Shown: piece after piece, positions 1 through 6,821 of the stretch
Position numbering within the stretch: the stretch's first letter is position 1
Layout of the letters: each line of letters opens with the position of its first letter
NCBI GenBank assembly: GCA_963787585.1
Contig: CAWBDR010000005.1
Location: forward strand, 9,092 to 73,091
DNA: 64,000 bases
Direction: 5' to 3'
From: an uncultured Acidobacteriaceae bacterium
Lineage (GTDB): Bacteria > Acidobacteriota > Terriglobia > Bryobacterales > Bryobacteraceae
Made by a program: the position numbers and the translations under genes
Notes under the pieces: model-generated
Told to the model about the DNA's origin: nothing
The model's database searches: none
Seen by the model: the letters and a program-made list of their open reading frames with translations, nothing else

Positions 1-906
1 TTGAAGGGGCACTCCAGGGGCGCCTCCTAGAAACTGCTTGTAACGGGGAAAACCCAGTTCCTTTTTGGGCCAATAGATGAGTCCAGCCTCGTCCAGCTTG
101 TCTAAGCGTTCCAAGAACGGATACGTGCTCAGATCGTCGCCTGTGAGTTCTTTGTATTTGGTATACAGATAAGATGCTGGCTGCCAGTGTCGCCCGTTGT
201 CGGTAGGATTAAACCCGCGCCACGCTTGCCCGCTCGGACCAGTGCGGGTTCCTCGCCCCGTCAGGTCATGGTCCTGAAATTGTTCTCCGGTCTTAGCATC
301 GACCTTCCCAAACTTCTTTGATACGTATCCTGCATCGTAGGGCTGGCGCTGGACATTCCATGTAGCACCCGGACCTGCGTAGTAGAGAATTACGTCGTGA
401 ACTGGACCGTATCGTTTCGCGCCTCCGTGAGAGCTTGTACGTTTCCAGATAATTTCACTTCGAAACTGTTGCGGCCCATATACGGAATCCATCAACAGTT
501 TTAAGTAGTGGCTTGCCGTCGGATCACAGTGCAGATAGATGCTTCCGGTTTCCTTCAACACTCTGCGAAGCTCTAAAAGGCGAATGGCCATCATCGCGAG
601 GTAAGCCATTACATCGTTCTCTTTGAGAAACAACCGCATGGCGCGAAGCAACTCGGAGGCATCGGCATTGCCGCCTTGCATTACCTCGTCAAACGCTTGT
701 TCTGCTTCTTTCGTCCAGTGCCACGTATCTTGAAACGCTTCGATCTGGGCGTGAGACTGTTCACCGCTCGGGCTACGAAAAAGAACGTTATAGCTCGCGC
801 TGGAATTGAATGGCGGATCAAGGTAGATCAGGTCAATACTCTGGTTAGGAAACTTGTCCCGGTCCCGAAGAATCTCAAGGTTGTCGCCGTAGTAGAGGGT
901 GTTCAC
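1..906 (-). CDS. DNA amino-methyltransferase (N6-adenine/N4-cytosine family, beta-class layout), N-terminal 302 codons; 3' end lies beyond the left window edge
   Basis: Absent from the ORF track because it has no stop in the window. My translation of the minus strand from GTG 906..904 reads VNTLYYGDNLEILRDRDKFPNQSIDLIYLDPPFNSSASYNVLF...ETGSIYLHCDPTASHYLK...SEIIWKRTSSHGG. The frame stays open to base 1. An in-frame TAA at 921..919 bounds the start. DPPF (motif IV) close to the N-terminus is the beta-class amino-MTase arrangement. Confidence 0.85.
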   Translation of the reverse strand, partial: MNTLYYGDNLEILRDRDKFPNQSIDLIYLDPPFNSSASYNVLFRSPSGEQSHAQIEAFQDTWHWTKEAEQAFDEVMQGGNADASELLRAMRLFLKENDVMAYLAMMAIRLLELRRVLKETGSIYLHCDPTASHYLKLLMDSVYGPQQFRSEIIWKRTSSHGGAKRYGPVHDVILYYAGPGATWNVQRQPYDAGYVSKKFGKVDAKTGEQFQDHDLTGRGTRTGPSGQAWRGFNPTDNGRHWQPASYLYTKYKELTGDDLSTYPFLERLDKLDEAGLIYWPKKELGFPRYKQFLGGAPGVPLQ

Positions 907-993
907 CGTTGATCGGGATTAAACATACCACACAGCGCGTATGGGATAGCGACCAATCGTGAAGCGCTATTTCGCGTGTTTCGCTAGACTCGC

Positions 994-1019
994 TTGACAT
1001 AGCGAATTTATGCTACTAT
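994..1019 (+). promoter_or_regulatory. putative sigma-70-type promoter (TTGACA plus extended -10 TGcTACTAT)
   Basis: TTGACA at 994-999 and TGCTACTAT at 1011-1019, just upstream of GGAGG (1031-1035) and ATG 1040. The -35/-10 spacer is only 14 nt, so the extended -10 would have to carry activity. Confidence 0.3.
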
Positions 1020-1039
1020 CGAAATCGATAGGAGGTGAG

Positions 1040-1402
1040 ATGGATAGCGCTGCACACCAAATGCTCAAAACAGTTAAACGGCGGATCGCCAACCTTCAAC
1101 AGATCGAGCGCCTAATTGTTGAGGAGTTTATCGATTCCAGCAGCAGCAACGGCACAGCGATTTCGGCCAAACGCAACCGCAAACAGCCTAAGGTGGCGCC
1201 AACGGCAAATGCGGCAATAACCGGCTCTTCAAATGGAACCTCCCGAAAATTCATAATCCATGAGTGGCTGAAGAAGAACGGGCCAGCGACACGCGGCGAA
1301 GTCATCAAAGGCACCAAGTTGCCGGAAGGTACCGTGGGTGCCTACCTGAGCACTGAGAAAGATCTATTCGAAAGTCGCGACGGAAAATGGCACGTGCTGT
1401 AG
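1040..1402 (+). CDS. hypothetical small protein with C-terminal winged-helix-like segment
   Basis: ORF track gives 1010..1402. I prefer ATG 1040 (MDSAAHQMLKTVKRR...) because GGAGG sits 4 nt upstream. The C-terminus FIIHEWLKKNGPATRGEVIKGTKLPEGTVGAYLSTEKDLFESRDGKWHVL looks like a wHTH. The gene is divergent from the methyltransferase. No family recognised. Confidence 0.55.
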   Translation: MDSAAHQMLKTVKRRIANLQQIERLIVEEFIDSSSSNGTAISAKRNRKQPKVAPTANAAITGSSNGTSRKFIIHEWLKKNGPATRGEVIKGTKLPEGTVGAYLSTEKDLFESRDGKWHVL

Positions 1403-1507
1403 GTAACGATTTTCTGCCTCAAGGGGCAGAAAAGCCCCGCTGCGTGTTTCTCGGTTTGGACGCCAGAACAGCAGCGGGGCCTATCCTTCACAAAAAGGAG
1501 TGCTTCC

Positions 1508-1600
1508 GTGAAGTATTACTACAAACGGAAGCGGGGTGGCTTCAAGTTCAGCTTAATTATTGGTAAGCTGCGCTTCGCCTTAGATTACCCGTCTTCCTAG
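1508..1600 (+). CDS. candidate 30-aa basic micro-ORF (VKYYYKRKRGGFKFSLIIGKLRFALDYPSS)
   Basis: GTG 1508 is preceded by AAAGGAG (1494-1500, 7-nt spacing). The TAG stop at 1598-1600 sits in a GC hairpin AGGGCC-GTAA-GGCCCT (1599-1614). A stem plus T-tract follows at 1624-1665. No homology recognised, and the ORF is too short for codon statistics. Confidence 0.2.
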   Translation: MKYYYKRKRGGFKFSLIIGKLRFALDYPSS

Positions 1601-1623
1601 GGCCGTAAGGCCCTTAAACGTAT

Positions 1624-1665
1624 CGGGCAGGGACGAAGAGGAATACTCAGCCCTGCTCGGTTTTT
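1624..1665 (+). terminator. putative intrinsic terminator
   Basis: CGGGCAGGG (1624-1632) pairs with CCCTGCTCG (1651-1659) with one G-U pair and an 18-nt loop, followed by GTTTTT (1660-1665). Confidence 0.4.
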
Positions 1666-1796
1666 CAAATATCGCTAGAGACTAGTTTACTACGAACACG
1701 GCTGCGATCAATTGCAATCTCGCCAGTAGTGGTTAGGATCGGTCTGTCACGCCAATCCTACGCTACCGCTGTGTATATAGTCTGTCAACTATATTA

Positions 1797-2054
1797 TTGC
1801 CCTATTTTGGGTTGCGTTCGTTTGGCGTGATTTGCGGCTGTGCCTTTGCTGTTTTCGCTGTGGCAGCGGGGCTCGGCGCCTATCTAATGGGCCTCGGATT
1901 CGATTTGACGGGTTCGTATGCCGTGCCGCTCGAAGCGTTTCTGGCTTCGACGCTCGCAGCATGTGCACTGCTGGTCTGTCTCGGACCGTATCGCTATGGA
2001 GCCAGGACAGCCACAGAAAATCCGCTCGCAGGGCAACTGCCGCAAACAGCGTGA
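1797..2054 (+). pseudogene. 3' remnant of an MFS-type transporter gene (last ~2 TM helices only)
   Basis: ORF 1797..2054 reads ..PYFGLRSFGVICGCAFAVFAVAAGLGAYLMGLGFDLTGSYAVPLEAFLASTLAACALLVCLGPYRYG. This resembles the C-terminal end of MFS permeases. The in-frame sequence upstream of ~1790 (DRSVTPILRYRCVYSLSTIL) is not transporter-like and is closed by TAG at 1734-1736. There is no room for the other ~10 helices. Confidence 0.5.
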
Positions 2055-2082
2055 TCCAGATTGCTCCAACAGGAGGTTGATC

Positions 2083-3106
2083 ATGACGCCCCAAGCTGCT
2101 TCGTGTACAACACCCACGCCGTTGCTGCGTATGCTCGATAGCATAATCGTCCACCAGGCCCTGTACGCCGCAGCCGCTCTCGGCGTGGCGGATTTACTCA
2201 CGGACGGGCCGCGCACTACCGTCGATCTCGGCCGTCAACTTGATGTGAATGAAGCGGCACTCTACCGCACATTACGGGCGCTCGCCGGCGAGGGCATATT
2301 CGAGGAAACGGCGGCGCGTACGTTCGCCAACAATGAGCTTTCACGCTTTCTCGCGACAGGTGTGCCCGGCTCGATCCGCTCCATCCTCGCTTTCAAAGGA
2401 AGCGGGTTCTTCTTCGCACCCTTCGGCGAGATTCTCCACAGCATCCAGACCGGTCAATCGGCTAGAACCAAGACTCTAGGAATGAATGGGTTCGAGTACT
2501 TGCGCCAGCATCCCGAAATGGCTCGTGTGTTCGATGACGCGATGACAAATATATCGGAGCTATCCGCCTCCGCGATCGCCTCCGCTTACGATTTCGGCCG
2601 CTGGGGTAGTCTCATGGACCTAGGAGGCGGTAACGGCATCCTGCTCGCCGCGATTTTGAAGGCGCACTGGGGTTTGCGCGGCGTACTTGCAGACCAGCCG
2701 CACGTGCTCGAACGAGCGCGGCAGCGAGGCTTTCTCGGCGGCGAACTAGAGGCGCAGCACGATGCGGGACTGCGATTTCTTCCGCGAAGTGCCTTCCGGT
2801 TTTCGGGCCTACGTTCTGAAACACGTGATCGTCGACTGGGACGACGAGCGAGCCCATACTATCCTCGCCAATTGTCGAAAAGCCATTTCTGCTGACGGCG
2901 TTCTGTTGGTGGTGGACTTTGCCTTACCGGAAGGCAATCTTCGTTCCACTGGAAAGCTGGCCGACATCGCAATGCTGGTCCTGACTGGCGGCAAGGTGCG
3001 CACGGTGCAGGAATACCGTGATCTGCTCGCTGGCGCCGGGTTCTGTCTCAGCAAGGTAATTCCTGTTCCAGGCGACCTCAACATCATAGAGGCGATGCCA
3101 GCCTAA
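2083..3106 (+). pseudogene. class I SAM-dependent O-methyltransferase (family 2, with N-terminal dimerisation/wHTH domain) interrupted by a +1 frameshift near 2750
   Basis: ATG 2083 follows AGGAGG (2071-2076). Frame 1 gives MTPQAAS..LLRMLDSIIVHQALYAAAALGVADLLTDGP..., then LMDLGGGNGILLAAIL (SAM motif), up to ..GGELEA. The remainder, MRDCDFFREVPSGFRAYVLKHVIVDWDDERAHTILANCRKAI...VVDFALPEG..., is in frame 2 (ORF 2762..3106). That frame is closed upstream by TAG 2747-2749. One extra base in the GAGG run around 2750-2753 would explain the shift. Confidence 0.75.
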
Positions 3107-3948
3107 TTTACGGAATTCGCTGGGGTCAGATCGCCGACTGCGGCGCAACCTCGCCACCTGATTCCAGTTGCTGCCGAGGAGACAGTTGTGATCGCAGCTC
3201 AGAATTCGGCGTTAGAGTCAGCACTCGAACGAGTGGCTCACCGTACATGACGGTCCCCAACAGCTTTCCTGGAAATAGGTCCTGCCTTGTCAGGAAGGGT
3301 AGATCTATCGCACTGATTTTCAAGTTGACGTATAAACGCGCTACTCGGAGAGATTGACCGGGTTATGCCAAACAATGCGGGAGCTATTCGTAAACACAAA
3401 TTGCGCGGGTAGGGGTGACTTTTTCAATTGCGCTTGTCCGGCAGAGATTGTCTGCGGGTGCGTAAAATACGACCCACGAGAGGCACCTACGAGCACGGTG
3501 GGAACTAGCGCCGTTCCGTGCGCTCAGAGGACGTCCCACGGAGCGGAAACAGGACAAGCAAGGCGCCAACCGGCGTTGATAGCAACGTCGGCAGAAGCTC
3601 GATAACGAGCGCCAGCGACAGTTGGGCGCCGCCAGCGAGTCCCAATACGCCCAACTGAAAAGGGCAACCAGTATTCCGCCACCAATGCTGTTGCCAGTGC
3701 CCACGCGAGTCCCATGTGCCCGCGGCATACCACGCAAGATCACCGTTGTAAGACTTATCGAAAATGTCAGCCACGTAATGTTCACCACCACCAGAGTGAG
3801 CGCGGCAGTGTAGAACGCTCACGAGTTTTGCGGAGCCCGGGCTTACGATTCCAGAAAAGAATTTTCCCGCGGGGTGTCTCAAAAGGTGTCACAACGCGCT
3901 TGATTTGGCGTTTTCTATCGAAAAATAAGGGGTTTTTGAGTTTTAACC

Positions 3949-3999
3949 ATTTGCCTCCGGAGCAAAAGGTCGTAGGTTCGAATCCTACCGGGCGTACCA
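3949..3999 (+). other. 3' half of a tRNA-Arg(CCG) gene (anticodon arm, variable loop, T-arm, 3' acceptor strand, CCA); not a complete tRNA
   Basis: The anticodon stem TTTGC/GCAAA (3950-54 / 3962-66) flanks the loop CTCCGGA, giving anticodon CCG at 3957-59. The variable loop is AGGTC. The T-arm is GTAGG-TTCGAAT-CCTAC (3972-3988), followed by CGGGCGT-A-CCA (3989-3999). No D-arm is present upstream, and no 5' acceptor strand complementary to CGGGCGT. Confidence 0.7.
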
Positions 4000-4191
4000 A
4001 AACTTCCAGCGCAAATTATTGAGTTCAGAGGCTATCTCGGAACTAGTCACGATGTCCTCCGGTTCCCGAAATTTTGGCCGAGTTGGGCCAATCCTCGGAT
4101 GCAATTCTCGAGATACACAACTCACACAGCCTCCGTCACCACTTCTGGCCCGACTGCCGGCGCCGGGCAATAGCGCGATCCGGTGCGCCTT

Positions 4192-5274
4192 TCATGATCC
4201 CGTGATCTCTTTCACTGCGTTGAAGAACTGCCGCTTTCGTTCCGTGTTGATCGCCCAGTTGATTGGTGGGCACTGATAGCCATCTACGTAGTCACTCTTG
4301 CCGGGGTCGAAATAGCCCCACGACACGTATTCGGAGAGCGCCGCCAGCATGTGATTGTCCGGGTCATTGAATCGGAAGTGATCGTCTTCATTGATCAGAA
4401 CCGGCATGGGCCGCCAAGTCGCGACGTCGCGCGAGGCGCGGATCATCTTGCGAATACGCCCTGGATCGTCCGGGCCGTTGCCGTGCAGCAGGAGGAAGTC
4501 CGATACCTTGACGAGGTTGGCTTGGGCGGGGGAGCCGCCGCCATAGCTGGTTCCCGCAAGCAGGCGCCGACCTCCGCGCGTCATGCTCTTGACCTGCTCG
4601 ATCAACTCGTGGACCCGGGCGGATTTGAGGATGTCATGGTGGTACGCCGGCACGTTACACTCGTTGTCGATCTCGACCAGCACGTTGCGCCGCCCGCTGT
4701 CGAGGAGCCACTTGGTGGCGTTCGTCACCGCGCGCTTCACGGCAGACTCGTCCTTCACCCGCTGATCCTGCCCGAAGTAGAAGTAGCCCACAATCACCAC
4801 CATCCCCAATCGGTCCGCGCGCTCGAGCACGCGAGCGAGCCGGTTCATGTACGCCAGCCGCAGGTTGCCATCGGGATCGATCGCGGTGTTCTCCCAGGGC
4901 TGGCTTTTCGAGTACCCCTCCGGACTTCCCCCTTGCAGATTGACCGTGAAGGCGAGCAGTCCATGGCGGCGCCACTCGGGAAGGGCGGCCAAAAACTCGC
5001 GGACATTGCGCTCGGCATCCCATTTGCCGGTATCGGGGTAGGCCCATTTCGTGCGGGTCTCCGGGTTTGCATCATCGAAGATCGCCTGCACCGCACGGAT
5101 ATTCATGAGCAGGCCTTCGATTCTCATCTCCTTGTAAAAGCGTGCGTCATAGCTAGGCTTGTCATTGAGCAGGAACTGATCTCCTCGGATGGAGACTTCC
5201 GTTCGGCCCGAAGGATCGGCCCAGGAAATCGCCGGAGCCGCCGCTGCCATTTTCAGGAACGTTCGTCGATTCAT
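4192..5274 (-). CDS. Tat-exported TIM-barrel glycoside hydrolase, clan GH-A (family 5-like)
   Basis: ORF track. MNRRTFLKMAAAAPAISWA is a twin-arginine signal. ..RNVLVEIDNECNV.. resembles the Asn-Glu acid/base strand of GH-A enzymes. The family call is from memory only. Confidence 0.6.
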   Translation of the reverse strand: MNRRTFLKMAAAAPAISWADPSGRTEVSIRGDQFLLNDKPSYDARFYKEMRIEGLLMNIRAVQAIFDDANPETRTKWAYPDTGKWDAERNVREFLAALPEWRRHGLLAFTVNLQGGSPEGYSKSQPWENTAIDPDGNLRLAYMNRLARVLERADRLGMVVIVGYFYFGQDQRVKDESAVKRAVTNATKWLLDSGRRNVLVEIDNECNVPAYHHDILKSARVHELIEQVKSMTRGGRRLLAGTSYGGGSPAQANLVKVSDFLLLHGNGPDDPGRIRKMIRASRDVATWRPMPVLINEDDHFRFNDPDNHMLAALSEYVSWGYFDPGKSDYVDGYQCPPINWAINTERKRQFFNAVKEITGS

Positions 5275-5438
5275 CGGTGGAGCTTCAGAACCGAAAGATT
5301 AGCCCGCCTGATCACGTTCGGTTGGCGCTAATCGCGCTTTGTGAGCAGGCCAAGCATCCGCAGAAAGCGCTACCGAGAACATCGGGCAGACAATATTTCC
5401 TTCCGTCGCGGTTTCGTTGCTGCCGCGTTTATACATTA

Positions 5439-6344
5439 TCAAGGGATCAGTAGAATCTTCCCGCGTACCGAACCTTTTTCGGCGAGTGTCTGAGCTTCGC
5501 CTGCTTCGCTCAATCTCATCCGTCTAGCAATCGGAATGACCAGCTTGCTATCGCGAACTGCGTCCGCCATTTGTCGTAGAAGAGAGGCGTCCGGAGTTGC
5601 CATAAACGCTTCCACTCGGATAGCCTTTCCCTCAGCCCCTTTTGGTTTTCCCAAAACGGACCCGAGCACGCCGCCCGATTTCAATTTCGGAATCAGCTTG
5701 CCGATGACGTCGCGGTCCACGGTATCCGCTATTGCATCCAGTTCGGGAAGACCGCCTATCTCTCCGTCATTATCGATCCCGATCACCTGATCTACCGCCA
5801 AGGAATTCGCATCTGCTTTCTGCTCTGTCTTCACCCCGGCGATAACTCGGGCACTCTGGGTTTTGGCTACATATACCGCCGTACGAGCTACGCTTCCCAA
5901 TGCTCCGGTCACCAATAGCAGGTCTCCTCGTTTGGGCTGGATGTGGTGAATCAGTTGCGCGCCAGTCGTTACCACCAGCGGCAGAGCAGCCGAGGCTTCT
6001 AGTTCAAGGCCATCTGGAATCACCGTGAGGTGGTCCGCTCGCGCGGTCAAGTACTCCGCATAGCTAGAGTTCACCAACCCAATCACTTTTTGACCAGGTT
6101 GTAGGTTCCTGACATTCGCTCCCGTTCTCATTACCGTTCCAGCAACATCGCGTCCCAAGATTGCGGGAAATGTCAACGGCATTATGTCCTTCGCTGCGCC
6201 GCTCCGTAGCTTCCAGTCGATTGGATTCACGCTCGTGGCGGCGACCTTCACCAGCGCTTCGTCTGGTCCCGGTTCGGGCGTCGGGACATCTTCGTACCGC
6301 AATTGATCAACGCCACCGTATGCATGCAAACGCACTGCTTTCAT
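5439..6344 (-). CDS. NADPH:quinone oxidoreductase-like medium-chain dehydrogenase/reductase
   Basis: MKAVRLHAYGGVDQLRYEDVPTPEPGPDEALVKVAATSVNPIDWKLRSG.. and the nucleotide-binding stretch LLVTGALGSVARTAV. Confidence 0.85.
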   Translation of the reverse strand: MKAVRLHAYGGVDQLRYEDVPTPEPGPDEALVKVAATSVNPIDWKLRSGAAKDIMPLTFPAILGRDVAGTVMRTGANVRNLQPGQKVIGLVNSSYAEYLTARADHLTVIPDGLELEASAALPLVVTTGAQLIHHIQPKRGDLLLVTGALGSVARTAVYVAKTQSARVIAGVKTEQKADANSLAVDQVIGIDNDGEIGGLPELDAIADTVDRDVIGKLIPKLKSGGVLGSVLGKPKGAEGKAIRVEAFMATPDASLLRQMADAVRDSKLVIPIARRMRLSEAGEAQTLAEKGSVRGKILLIP

Positions 6345-6422
6345 GTGATCTCTCCAAGAGCATAGACATGCTTCCTCGAATGTTGGCTTCTCAAGGATGT
6401 ACGTTATCAGGGCAAATGATCT

Positions 6423-6803
6423 TCAATTGCAAACGTTACGGCCACCGCTATTCAACGCCCTTTCGATAGCACCCTGAAGTTCTGTTTGCTTGAACGGCTT
6501 TGTGACACGCGGTCCTAGCATTTCTTTGCCGCTGGAAATCACGTCGCCACTCTGTGCAGTCAGGTAGATTACGGGCACGTTGCGCGCCGATTGGATTTGG
6601 TGAGCTGCTTCGATCCCGTCCATGGCGCCCTTGAGGCGAATATCCATCAGAACAAGATCGGGTTGTAATTGGGCCGCCTTCGCGATTGCTTCCTCCCCTG
6701 AAGAAGCCGTCCCGACAACCGCATAATCCAGTTGTTTCAAATGCCGCCGCAAATCCAGTTGAATGATTTGGTCGTCTTCCACGACGAGGATCCGCGCTTT
6801 CAC
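6423..6803 (-). CDS. single-domain response regulator (CheY-like receiver)
   Basis: GTG start. KARILVVEDDQ...DLVLMDIRLKGAMDG...KPF. No output domain. Confidence 0.85.
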   Translation of the reverse strand: MKARILVVEDDQIIQLDLRRHLKQLDYAVVGTASSGEEAIAKAAQLQPDLVLMDIRLKGAMDGIEAAHQIQSARNVPVIYLTAQSGDVISSGKEMLGPRVTKPFKQTELQGAIERALNSGGRNVCN

Positions 6804-6821
6804 CTGCTACCGACTCCTGAG

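Noticed and set aside
3505-3882. 125-aa minus-strand ORF as a real membrane-protein gene.
   Set aside because: It has no start context and no recognisable family, and it overlaps two other equally poor ORFs. I kept it only as a remark in the finding on the gene-poor stretch.
3923-3999. A complete tRNA gene ending at the CCA at 3997-3999.
   Set aside because: No sequence complementary to the 3' acceptor strand CGGGCGT and no D-arm exists in the ~30 nt (or ~100 nt) upstream. Only the 3' half is tRNA-like.
4351-5331. 326-aa ORF on the plus strand. Similar long ORFs occur at 14419-15024(-), 19447-20166(+), 24186-24803(-), 32766-33575(-), 45947-46546(-), 47228-47986(-) and 36633-37121(-).
   Set aside because: All lie antisense or out of frame within genes that have clear family signatures. 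Their translations are Arg/Gly/Ala/Pro-rich with no motifs, the usual shadow ORFs of GC-rich DNA.
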